Shown piece after piece: positions 39,960-52,461 of a DNA stretch of 64,000 nucleotides (its first letter is position 1; each line of letters opens with the position of its first letter). A program made the position numbers and the translations under genes. Below the pieces are notes generated by a model. That model was not told the origin of the DNA and did not search any database. It worked only from the letters and a program-made list of their open reading frames with translations. The DNA is from Phoronis australis (lineage: Eukaryota; Animalia; Phoronida), in contig NMRA01000065.1 in assembly GCA_002633005.1 (NCBI GenBank), forward strand, positions 797,066-861,065, written 5' to 3'.

Positions 39960-40150
39960 AAATTTCTGCTTTATCGTGGGGGTGTTCTAATGGCTCATGG
40001 AAAACGGCAAACTTCTTGAAATGTCCATGGGTGAAGGACATCATGTTCCATACAAGTCACGTCTTACTGCGAAGAAGAATCCAGAGCTGTGGTCAGCGGC
40101 TGTGACTGATAGAGTGGGAGAATTTCAATCCTAGCCAATGTCAAAAAGAT
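39960..40150 (+). pseudogene. Degenerate THAP zinc-finger remnant, probably from a DNA transposon
   Basis: Frameshifted translation FCFIV(G)GCSNGS...MFHT...TAKKNPELWSAAVTDR..F resembles the THAP CxVxGCxN...FH...W..A..R pattern. Confidence 0.4.
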
Positions 40151-42232
40151 AAAATAAGTGAACTCGCCCTAATCAAACAATAGGAGAGGCTGACAATGGA
40201 ATTTATTCCTCTGTTTTAAATTAATGATAAACCACTATGTTGTAATGGAATTCCTGTCCACCGAATGTGAGTCGGCATCAAGCGGAAGTCGCTTTCGCTC
40301 TCTCATTACTCCGGAGAGTGCCGCTAAGAAAAGTTTGCTATTAATAGGATCGACCAGGCTGTGCTTTATGGAAACCAAACAGGCTGAACACTGAAAACAA
40401 ACGAGAGCATCTTTACAATTTCGATAAATCTGATGTTTCATTATAAGAATAACATTATCATCGGTGACAAACCACTTGACAAGCATAAGCCCTAATTAGA
40501 CTTTAAGTGTGACATGGCACGAACCGACGCGGCGCAAGATGATCAGTTTCAAACGTCCGGTATACACGCAACTCAGAAACGGTGTCAGGAAGGTGGCGTG
40601 CACATGCTTAGGGTTGCACAAGGCGACAACTGTTGTCGATGAGGATATGATGCAAATCCTTTGCATAATTATACAACAGTTGAAGATATTGTTGAACACA
40701 TGATTATAATATAAAACTATAAAGCAAAGAGGTCAAGAGGTGTGTATGTTACCTGCACAAGAGCAGTTTTCAGCAGAGATGTATAATTAAGTCAGCAGGG
40801 AACAAGATGGGCGTTAATCGCACTACCTCAGAAACTGGAGACAACTCGTCATGTGTCAACTTCTGCTTAGAAGGTGCGCTGTGTCAACTCATTCCATGCC
40901 AACTGTTCCGTGTCAACATTTTTCTAGAGTAGGTGTACATATCTATGCCAGTCAAATAATTTGTTATTGGTGATGTTTTAAACTTAAAATTATTTGAGCG
41001 GTAAACAAATACTGCTTTTAATGCCTTAAAGCAGCATTTGCTCATTTAGCTGTCAATATTGAATTCTGAAGCACTTTGGGATATAAAAAAAAATTACTGT
41101 GCTCATCCAATTGAGAATTGTTGCCATAGGCAATGTGTGCATGCACCATTTTCGAATCTACAATTTTAGGGCTACACCAATAAAGTCTGAAGCATTTCCT
41201 CGAGTCGCTGATGGTTTCTATGTTCCTGTTGCCTATGGAAACAAAATCTTATCACAATGAAGAATATTATGAGACCGACTTCATGTAAGTGGAAGGTCTC
41301 ATTTAATGTTTTTTTTTGGTTAGCTCCACTGTTTGCAAGGCACCTTTCATTCACTCGATTTTGGATAAAAAAAATCAAGAATTTTCAAGGCAGCCCTCCT
41401 CAGCGCTTGTGTAAAAGTACAATAAGAAAGTTTAATTTTGTCTGTTTTCCCTCAACGTTGATCCTTGACACGAGATCAATTGCTCAAGAGCACCACTAAA
41501 AAGTCATAAAATTCAATTCCTGTGGGTATTTCGCTAACACACAAGAAAAATGTCAAATAGACACGAAGTTTCACCACAACACCATTAATGAGTGGGAGTT
41601 CAAGATTCAACAACCTTGTCAGACGATTGTCCGTGTGGGTTTGTTTAAAAGGTAGCTATGCTTTGAAGTTGTGCGGAGATGGAGAGTTAATAATCAAATC
41701 CAGTAATTAATTTATTATATGATAACCCCTAATTAGACAAATGAAACCTATTGTTAATTAAGTAATCAACTACAAAGAGAAACTACGCTAGCGCCCTCTT
41801 TAAAGATTACTTTAATCAAACAACCAAACGATCAAATGTCTTATCTGCTATCCAAGCTAGGACTCTCCACTTGTTGGATGTCTGTCCTGTTGGCAAATCT
41901 TCGAACTACACACATTGTATAGCGACAGTGTACTTGCTGGTCACCGTCTCTGGTGATGCAACACTTGCAGGCAATTTCTTCTACCCACGATTCTTCTTGC
42001 TGGTCACAGTCTGATGACGCAACACTTCAGGTAGTATCTTACTACCCACAATGCAAGTGACAAGCTCTTAGTTAACTTCCGGTTCGTTAACCCTTGCCCT
42101 TGCCAAGATCCTTTCTAGAATCTTCCACGAGATGGCTCTGTCGTACAACTGCTTCTGTACACTGTAGCAAGTCTTTATGCTTCAACTACTTTAGCGCATC
42201 TGATTATCTTGCTGATTTCAGCCCATAATATA

Positions 42233-42907
42233 NNNNNNNNNNNNNNNNNNNNNNNNNNNNNNNNNNNNNNNNNNNNNNNNNNNNNNNNNNNNNNNNNNNN
42301 NNNNNNNNNNNNNNNNNNNNNNNNNNNNNNNNNNNNNNNNNNNNNNNNNNNNNNNNNNNNNNNNNNNNNNNNNNNNNNNNNNNNNNNNNNNNNNNNNNNN
42401 NNNNNNNNNNNNNNNNNNNNNNNNNNNNNNNNNNNNNNNNNNNNNNNNNNNNNNNNNNNNNNNNNNNNNNNNNNNNNNNNNNNNNNNNNNNNNNNNNNNN
42501 NNNNNNNNNNNNNNNNNNNNNNNNNNNNNNNNNNNNNNNNNNNNNNNNNNNNNNNNNNNNNNNNNNNNNNNNNNNNNNNNNNNNNNNNNNNNNNNNNNNN
42601 NNNNNNNNNNNNNNNNNNNNNNNNNNNNNNNNNNNNNNNNNNNNNNNNNNNNNNNNNNNNNNNNNNNNNNNNNNNNNNNNNNNNNNNNNNNNNNNNNNNN
42701 NNNNNNNNNNNNNNNNNNNNNNNNNNNNNNNNNNNNNNNNNNNNNNNNNNNNNNNNNNNNNNNNNNNNNNNNNNNNNNNNNNNNNNNNNNNNNNNNNNNN
42801 NNNNNNNNNNNNNNNNNNNNNNNNNNNNNNNNNNNNNNNNNNNNNNNNNNNNNNNNNNNNNNNNNNNNNNNNNNNNNNNNNNNNNNNNNNNNNNNNNNNN
42901 NNNNNNN
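42233..42907. other. Assembly gap
   Basis: Run of N. Confidence 1.
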
Positions 42908-45900
42908 TGTATCAAAGAAATGGCATAAGAATATTTATTGAAACTAAAAAATGAATAACAGTTACAGAACACTCAGAATTCCACGCTATAGACATACTCT
43001 TGTAGTTGTAGCGACAGCAGACGATAATGTAGGCCTAGTTCCTGGGGTGGTCTATTCCAATAGGTAGCGATGAATCAGCGCGGCTTTGCGTGATTTTGCA
43101 TTTCACATCATAAAGAGTTCCATAGCAACTCGAGTATGAGTGTCAGATTTTAGTACGTTTGGAGTCTACTCGAAATACGACATTAGATACGCTTTTTTGA
43201 GTACGACTCCAGTGAGCACGATTTTGAGTATGAAATCTCGAGTATGAGTATGAGTCTGAGTACGGAGATTGGAGACCGGGCCCAGAAACCTATTTGTTAA
43301 GTTGATGAAAATATGTATGGGAACTCTGAAGATAGAGAGGCAAATGTAAAAAATAAAATTACCAATACGAGGCACAGCGGTAATCAGATCCATCCAACAG
43401 AAGTCGTGATCTGTTGTACCATTCATAGGAATACACTTGCCAAGATCCACAAAGATCCTGTAAGTGTTCGGAATATATAGCAGAGTGGGTGGAAAAACAT
43501 AATTATCAGTAGGGACTACCACAGTAGTCAGACCTTTCTGAAAATGAATTGCAAAACATCTGCCAATTTTCTAATGATCCTTTGAGCAGATAGGCAAATA
43601 GAGAGGCCGACACCAAAAAACAAAAAAGAAACCAGCTCTTGATGCAGAATATGTCTAATCCAACCGGAAATAAAAAGGTACTATTGACCCACACAAAGAA
43701 TTAGTGAAATTCGGTTAAGTACTTAATACGGAGATAAACGTAAAACAAAATTACCACAAGGGGGCACAGTGGTAGTCAGATCCATCAGCACCATAGGAAC
43801 AGGCCTCTGAGAAGTTTGGGAGATACAGCAGTCGATTGCGAGTGACAGACACACACAGATGACAGCAATATGCATCCACATGTGTATATGTGAGGGCATA
43901 AAATGGTTCCACTCAAGATTCTCTGCAGTTTGGGGCAGTCCTCAAAATTTGATACACCGAAATCCAAGCTGAAATGAATTTTTCTGATCCTGAAATTTGG
44001 AACATGGGTAATATCTCATAAACTGCAGTCCAGTATGTGTTTTTCATAACAGGGTCCGATTATAAATTTGGCAGTTCATTAAAAGTAACGCTGGTCAATT
44101 ACACGTCAATAAAAGGTGTTGCCAGTGCCCTTGAATTTGGGATGGCCAGTATAGTGGAATTTCTCAAAATTGGAACAAGTGATGACCACGGACGAAATGT
44201 TTATTTTTCTACTAACAGCTTATTATTTAAAATGATTTATTCTTATTAAAATGACATAGGCAAAAATTGAATTTCGGGCCTCAAAAATAATTAACTGTTT
44301 ACTGTCCCAAACTGGAGAATTTTCATCAAGCCAAGCATTAGCCAATCAGGTTAATGCCCAGGGAGCTATGTACAATGGCTAGATTTTAAGAGCAAGATTT
44401 AAATAAAACACCAGCGGATAGTAGAAAACGGTGTACAGAGCTTACCATTAAGATCCAACCAGGGGTTAATGACATATTGAGCAGACAATTAGACAACATG
44501 AGAACTGGGCAAAATGGTCAATAGGGGGATGTTGCGGTAATGGAAATTGCTGAAATTGCCAAAAAATCGACTGGTGCCAACATACCTCTCTGTGTCAAGT
44601 GTCATAGAAATCAGTCTGCTGGTTCTAAAGAAGTCATCTAGAAACCTAGAATTATATTTGTCCTCCAAAAAGAATTGAAAAGCTCCTTGCCCAGAGCAAA
44701 CAGCCACGACTGTGGGTTCGCCACTTAGTCAAATCCACTAATGCTGGCGCATTGTCACCACATTCAACCATAACAAGTTTCACTGAAATCTCTCATTTAG
44801 TTCTTTAGATAGCACCCACAAACGCTCTCCTACCACAAAATATAGAAAAAAAAAAAACATGTCAAGGCCAAAACGGCCAGCAGGGGGAAGCGGTGGCTGA
44901 TTTCGCCTCAAAGTTGATTGGCGCCAGCACATTGTCTTCACATGTCTGTGTCAAGTTTCACTGAAATCCATCCAATGGTTTTATAGAGCCATCTCCCAGT
45001 AACACTCTTACCTCCAAAACCCTAAACAGCCCAGGTTGGAAAATGGCATGTACTCCCTAGTGATACCCTACATCTTTGTACCAAATTTCATCAAGATCCG
45101 ACCAGGGACTTAACCACACATAAAAACACGCACACATATATGTGGGTGCATACACAATCTCAGGTTTGGACATTATTTCTGTGAGAAGTTATTGAAGAAT
45201 TACTGCAGATGAAGAATTGTTGAACTGAATCAACATAGCTTGCTGGTCACGGGAAAGGGAATCATGTGTACTTTGGCAAGTGAACTTACTATTAATTGGC
45301 AGCTTTCACATACCTGAACTTGGTTAAGAAACTAAAACTCATTTTGGATTATCAAAAAGGACCTTTGAACACGATATTTTGTTAAGAATTGGCATTAGCT
45401 GAATGTGAGTGTAAACCTGGGCGACTAAGGCCACATTTAGTTGTTCTAGTGTCAACTGCACCTACAAACACAACAGGGGCAAGGCAGAAGGGATCATCTC
45501 TGTTATTCTAGCACAATAGCGTATACATGCTGGCATTTCACGTGGTTTGGACATTCACTCCTGTTTATGCAAGCATGCAGAGACAGTGTTCGTGTAAGTG
45601 ACTCCCGCTGATCGCGTTTGCAACTTAATGTCGTAAAAATGCAACTAATGTGGAGCAAGCCATGCAATGAAAGCTCGCAATGTGACAACTGTTCCCCGTG
45701 GAAAAAACAACTAATGAATAAATTTCAGTAGATGAGATGCTTACACTGTACATGGAAGTTTATCAAGAAGAAATTTCATGCATTTCAAACTTTAGCAGAA
45801 CTCTTATGGAAAAAAAAGATTAAGTTGCCGTGAGAGCCTTTTCGAAGATTTAGAGGTTTACCACTCTTGACCAATATGTTCACAAGGTAGAAAATAAAGA

Positions 45901-46089
45901 ATTATAGAACTATTACATACCAGTAATTGAACAAGAGCTGATAAGATAAGGATTATATCAATATTGTGCACCCATACCCTGATAAGTGACAGCTGGACTA
46001 TTTCCTTTGTTTAGTTATGCATTGAAAAGTTGGATGAGGGCTCCGCAGATGGATATTTTAAGTTCAGCCCTGACTAGAGAGAAGACATA

Positions 46090-47524
46090 CCGTAAACGTT
46101 CGGGTTAACGCCCATGCTCAGTTAACCGCCCACCCCCTACTTTAGGTGGATTTTCGATTTAACCGCCCACTGCTCGGTTAAGCGCCCCCCTGCGATTTTT
46201 GAAGATTTCCAGTTAAGCGCCCACCTCTCGGTTAAGCGCCCATCCCCGACTTTTAAAGAATGAAGATTTAGCGCCCAGTGCTAAGGAAACGNNNNNNNNN
46301 NNNNNNNNNNNNNNNNNNNNNNNNNNNNNNNNNNNNNNNNNNNNNNNNNNNNNNNNNNNNNNNNNNNNNNNNNNNNNNNNNNNNNNNNNNNNNNNNNNNN
46401 NNNNNNNNNNNNNNNNNNNNNNNNNNNNNNNNNNNNNNNNNNNNNNNNNNNNNNNNNNNNNNNNNNNNNNNNNNNNNNNNNNNNNNNNNNNNNNNNNNNN
46501 NNNNNNNNNNNNNNNNNNNNNNNNNNNNNNNNNNNNNNNNNNNNNNNNNNNNNNNNNNNNNNNNNNNNNNNNNNNNNNNNNNNNNNNNNNNNNNNNNNNN
46601 NNNNNNNNNNNNNNNNNNNNNNNNNNNNNNNNNNNNNNNNNNNNNNNNNNNNNNNNNNNNNNNNNNNNNNNNNNNNNNNNNNNNNNNNNNNNNNNNNNNN
46701 NNNNNNNNNNNNNNNNNNNNNNNNNNNNNNNNNNNNNNNNNNNNNNNNNNNNNNNNNNNNNNNNNNNNNNNNNNNNNNNNNNNNNNNNNNNNNNNNNNNN
46801 NNNNNNNNNNNNNNNNNNNNNNNNNNNNNNNNNNNNNNNNNNNNNNNNNNNNNNNNNNNNNNNNNNNNNNNNNNNNNNNNNNNNNNNNNNNNNNNNNNNN
46901 NNNNNNNNNNNNNNNNNNNNNNNNNNNNNNNNNNNNNNNNNNNNNNNNNNNNNNNNNNNNNNNNNNNNNNNNNNNNNNNNNNNNNNNNNNNNNNNNNNNN
47001 NNNNNNNNNNNNNNNNNNNNNNNNNNNNNNNNNNNNNNNNNNNNNNNNNNNNNNNNNNNNNNNNNNNNNNNNNNNNNNNNNNNNNNNNNNNNNNNNNNNN
47101 NNNNNNNNNNNNNNNNNNNNNNNNNNNNNNNNNNNNNNNAGGACGGCACGGGGCTATTACTCAGCAATTCTGTAAATTTAATAGTGAATAACTAATCTGA
47201 GGGCATGATAACCTTTGTTAGGATCATCCGCTGTTATGACATTTTTCCCGTCATGTGGCGGCGTGACGATAACGCTCTTTGAAAAGTGCTACGCGTTCCG
47301 AGTAGGCCTACGACTACGTGTGTGGTGTGGGTACTTAGATCACGAGGTAAGATTAACCGCCCAGGGCGCTTGCCTGTCATAATAAGCGCCCATGTTCGGT
47401 TAACCACCCACCCTGGATTTTTTGAAGTTTCACGTTTAAGCGCCCATGTCTGGTTAACCGCCCACCCCCGATTTTTTGGGTTTGCCAATTTAACCGCCCA
47501 GGGCGTTAACCCGAACGTTTACGG
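46090..47524 (+). mobile_element. Tc1/mariner (pogo-like) TIR element spanning an assembly gap
   Basis: Perfect 24-bp TIR CCGTAAACGTTCGGGTTAACGCCC / GGGCGTTAACCCGAACGTTTACGG, TA on both sides, subterminal ggttaa(c/g)cgccca repeats. Confidence 0.9.
46292..47139. other. Assembly gap
   Basis: Run of N. Confidence 1.
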
Positions 47525-47869
47525 TACATGTTTTCGTTAGATGATTAAGTCAACCCATTCTTCAGCTCGATACTTATAGTCAGAACTCAAAAAAATAGGT
47601 GGGCAACTGAGCACGTGAATCCAAAATTTACACAGTAATCAAAGAATAGTTCAACGTTCTCGTATCCTTGGGGGGATTCCCCACTGTATGTTATTCATAA
47701 TCAGAGAAATAGATAATTTCCATGGGCTCCTCCCAAATCCCTTCCTCTTAATGCTGGTGTACTCTGTGCCCCGCCCCCCCTTTTATGGGTGTGTAACAAA
47801 CTCACCCCTTTTAGCCAGTTAACTTATATTAGTTTCAATCCACGTCCCTTTAGATGCAAACATGTTGTG

Positions 47870-48415
47870 CATGTTGGTATATTCAAGTAGTCACTCGAAT
47901 ATTCAAAAATACCGGTTCTCTGGCATTGTAAGTTGATTCTGGCCAGTCTACGGGCAATACATCTCATTATGGTCAAAGGCAGATTATGTGCGCCTAACCT
48001 AAACCTTCTAATAGCGGTTGAGCATTTATTCTTTGCAGACATGATCCAGATCCGGCCTCTTTAACGGAGAAGTTTATGAGAGACCCGGCGAATATTCATT
48101 TCAGACCTACGTCAGGCCAACAGATGGTGTCATACGATGGATGGCACATGGAAAAATTTGCTTTTGCCAATGATCTGCTCTAAGGTTGACTTGTTTAAAG
48201 GGGATTCTATTAGAGACCCGGCGTTTAGTAATTTCAGCATACCTAGATCCCTGGCTTACGATAGAGACAAGACTTCTATTAGAAGTTTTATGATATTTGA
48301 TTCCAAAAGCTGGTTGTCCAACAAAGGTGGATAAAGAAGAATGGCCAAGTTGCTGTGTTTGAGCTGACGTTGTCAACTGGTACACGAGTGTCTCCCAAGA
48401 CAAAGTCAATCATTA
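47870..48415 (-). mobile_element. Degenerate non-LTR retrotransposon (LINE) ORF2 C-terminal fragment
   Basis: Minus-strand pieces DFVLGDT..PFFFIHL..TSFWNQI and AIRRFRLGAHNLPL resemble the post-RT region (V-GE-G--P...FW; RFRL-SH-L) of L2/CR1-group LINEs, with stops and frameshifts. Confidence 0.5.
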
Positions 48416-49639
48416 ACCATGGATCTCTGTCACAACCACCACCAATTTCATCTGCCTCCCCTGCTCATAACAAACTTGTAATTGCTATAAGGTTGATCAT
48501 TATAAAATGACCTTTGAGTTTATATGTTCTCATATGAATTATGAAATGCAGCACAAGAACTAAATACATTTTGTCAGTTTTGACTCTCACACGTGTTGGT
48601 ATGATACTAAAATTCCATTTCGATTCAAGCCAAGGTTTGTAAGTTGGGAAATGTTTGTAAGTAAGTACGTAAAAGATGCACCAAATGAGATTCGCACAAT
48701 GAAGATCATTTATGAACCGACCTAATTATATATGCAATACAACTCCAACAAAAACATTCTGGTTTCAAAAAGCTTGATATTCTACAACTAAACGTTTGTG
48801 TGCCAGTACAACACCTCACATTGTTCAGAACCTGATTCTAAAGTACTTGCTCAATGAAGTTTTATTTCATAAGTTGTTGTATTGGGTCTGGTAACAGTCG
48901 ATATGTTTTTCCCTGTGACATTACATAGGACATATTCTGAATAGTGAAACATCACAAAGAACAACGCAACGACCAACAGACTATAGACAGGACGTACGAC
49001 ATCATATCCCATGGCATGAGCAGTGTAAAAATGGCCAGTTACCCATTTCGAGCAACTGACCGAAGAACTGTTAAAAAAGGTTGATTATGCGAGTATACTT
49101 GTGCCCTTCATGCCGATACAGTAATGTGACTGGTTTAATCAGTGTGGGGCATAATTCGCATAAAAGTTTCCGGCGTATGAGGGCTCTATGGGAGTACCAC
49201 CGTCCCTACTGCTAAGTGGAAACCGTGGTACTGTCTACCATCGATAGACTACAGTTCAGGAGGCCTACCGTACGTGTTTTAAAATAAAACTTCAAGCACT
49301 AGTAATTTTGTGACTCGGGTCACGTGCTACTTTTTACAATTCTACGTGGGCCTACTGGGTCTTATGTCTAACTTTCATATGAAAAGGGCGAAACCGCAAA
49401 CAAATCGTAGTAAACAATGCTGGATCAGTGAAACATACAACGAATTCATCGATCGGGAATAAAACACGACATGACACGACATGAGGCCGAGGGCGAGGGG
49501 TTTCCTTGTGGAAAACAATCTATTTTTACTAACCTTTAGACCTTCACAAACTTCTCATTCCGTTCAATTATTTACCCCCTTGAAGTCCATTCATCAACCT
49601 ACAATAAAATAAGTCATTTGATTCAACCGAGAGTACACA

Positions 49640-49975
49640 TCTGGGAAATTTCAACCATTATTATCCGAGTAAATGAAAATAACACCTACCCATTGAAGCC
49701 TCGCGGAAATTTCCATTGACTGAGGGAGTTTGCATACGCTTATTTATATAGTTCAAAACACAAATGGTAATTTCTACTAAATGAGGGTAAGAATTGGATG
49801 GTTTTTAATTCGTACTCAAATAAAATATTATTTTGTTTAGTAATAAGCGTTAATTGAAAATTTTCATTGAAAATTGTATGAAATTATTAATGCGCTGAAC
49901 TACTTTTACAGTAGTAGAATTTTGACGTCATCTCAGTTGGCCAATCAAAATAATTCAACACCAAAATTGGATTGA
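49640..49975 (-). promoter_or_regulatory. Candidate CSRNP core promoter (TATA plus Inr) with CRE, CCAAT and kB-like sites
   Basis: Minus-strand TATATAAATA (49750-49741) lies 29 nt upstream of Inr TCAGTC (+1 at ~49721). TGACGTCA at 49923-49930, CCAAT at 49941-49945, ATTGG at 49966-49970, GGAAATTTCC at 49705-49714. Downstream minus-strand donors at ~49689 (gtaggt) and ~49533 (gttagt). Confidence 0.55.
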
Positions 49976-52152
49976 CGAGTTCATACAACTGAAGGGGTGA
50001 AAAATAATTTGATGAGACATATTTAGGAAAAGCTAATAGAAATAAAACTTGTTTCTCTTCGATTATAATTAAGACATAGTAATAACATAAACTTGGTACG
50101 GAAGTTACTGGTATGAATGTTCTGATGAAAACTGACAATTGTTGTTCAAACTTTCACCCCCACTCCTATTTATAGACATGCTGTGGTTTGCTATGTCAAA
50201 GGTCATCGCATGGCCATTGTGCGTCACACTTTTGTCCGCTTTACTACGAGCAACGTGGTTTTTGTTTACATTTTATGCCTGGTTATTTCAAGCCTGGGAT
50301 TGTCTGATACGTGGGACAGCGACGGATACCGCAAGTTTTTCTGAACAAAACGAATTTGTTGTAGGACTCACTGAAATTCTTGAAATTTGATCAGTCTCGA
50401 TAAATTCGCGCCATTTTTGAAAAAATACCAACAAGGACATCGGCAAGGCAAAGTCGACGGTGCATTGAATTTGCATCTCATCTACAGTAGGCCGACCGCT
50501 GGGCCTGAGTCGCGGCGTGTTGGCGGTAAGTAAAGCATATGCCTACTCTACAGTTCACTTCGCACCAATTGTGGATCACGAAGTATTCACCGCCAGTTTT
50601 TGAGAACCACTATGGTAAAGTCTCATCAATTTTAGACACAATAATCAATGAATGGCGTACAGATGAAATAATAAATGGTGGCCCCTACAATATCCTACAC
50701 ACAGGCTACACTTATAATTTGGTAATCCAGATCACTCATCCACCTAGACAATGACCATCGTCTCTATCCAGAATATCTGGATAGAGCTCAGACGATGGTC
50801 ATTGTCTATCATCCACCTTGAACAATGAATTGGGCCGGTAAAGAGATCTGGGGATACCAACTAGATCGGCTGCTGCAGAAAGACAAAGAAAATACAGTGG
50901 TACATATAGAATTATGGCTTGATTTGGAGATTTTTTCGGTCACTGCTATGTCACTTTTTAATTATTACATATGATGAATATTTTGTGTCATCCAGTTGAA
51001 TAAATAATATGAAAAGATAAATCAATTACAATATAGCTAACTAAGTCCATTAATTTAATTATTACACTACTGGTGTTTTTTGGCTCACTATATCATGCTG
51101 GGCGGGGGTGTACTCTACTTACGTCCTAGGTTGTGACCACCGTCCTACCGGCACGGACCTGCATGTAACATTAGAAATGCCATCTTTTTGTGTTCAAAAC
51201 CTTCACAAGTCATAATGATCAAATATAATTAATAATATTGCCTCACAATTTATCACCATACTGTTTGCTTGCCAAAATCATTTTAGCTGAGATGAAAGGT
51301 CATTACTTGTAAACAAGTCTGGTGGATCCCACCGTAATAGATTTGGGGGGGGGGTGGTCAGTGGGTCTGAGCTCCCATTCTTTAGATAAGCAATAGTAAT
51401 TGGCAACATGTTATTTATGTCAACATGAATGTCATTCCTTCAGAAATTGTCTGGCTTACCCTTAAGTGCCGTTTACACTTACTAAGTTGAAACGGATCAG
51501 CTGACACGGAACAAGTTGTTCCAGTGTGTAAACGGACTGACACGAAGCAAATTGACACCGCGGTGACAAATTTTTGCCACCCGTTTGTGAGGTAAAGCAA
51601 TTTGCGCCCGAACATCTTGTGCCGTGTCAATTATAAGTCTAAACGCAAAACTGGAGCAAGGCGGAAAGGATCATCTCTACTGCGCTTGTGCAATGACCTA
51701 CGTATGGGTTCTTGTCTCTGCAACTTTCGTCATTTGTAAACCTGCGCATGTGCGATCCAGTCTCTCTAGCCTTTAATTTCCGTCTTGCCAAGGTTAGTGA
51801 GTTGTGTGTGTAAATGGCTGATGGACACACGTCAATTTGCTCTGTGTCAGTTGCACCTGGCCAAAAGTTGATGTCTAAATGGGACTTAAGTCATATTCAA
51901 AATTTGACAGTGTGTTATTGTGGCCAATGAGTTCATGGGCGTAGATATCGGGAGGAGCAGACGGTGAGATGTGGTGATCCAGGGGTTCTAAGTCGTGGCA
52001 AGCAGGGGTATCTGTAATAACGAGGTTGGAGCGCAAGGTTTGAAGTGGTGGCACCCAGTTTGGGAAGTTCAATCATATGATTTGTTCCATCCCTACTCTA
52101 AAGAAAACTATACGCAATTTACAAAATCTTTGTTTGCTTTAAAATATCAGCC

Positions 52153-52461
52153 ATGGAGCAAGGCAACCAGGAAGTTGCTACTCAACCGCAGAAGCCAATC
52201 GTCGTTAATCAACTGACGAAAATCGAGAAGGCTAAACGTATCGGTTTCCGCGCGACTATTGCCACATGGGGTAAAACTGCTATGTTAGCAGCTCATACGG
52301 TGCTGGGAAAGTATAAAGAAGCCAAGCAGAAGAAACGACCGACCAGTAGATATATACGGAGTAAAGACAGTGCTCTTTATGGGCGGGATGCTGTTTTCCA
52401 GGTTATGTGCAACGCCGAGCCGCGAGCTGATCTGCAGCCACTAAGTTATGCAATGAGACAG
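52153..52461 (+). CDS. Unknown gene, first coding exon (MEQGNQEVATQPQKP...DLQPLSYAMRQ, 103 aa)
   Basis: Acceptor tatcag at 52149-52150, ATG at 52153, donor CAG|gtgaga, coding-like composition. Confidence 0.75.

Noticed and set aside
42175-47195. Long ORFs of 239-305 aa in the track
   Set aside because: They consist of X residues translated from assembly gaps.
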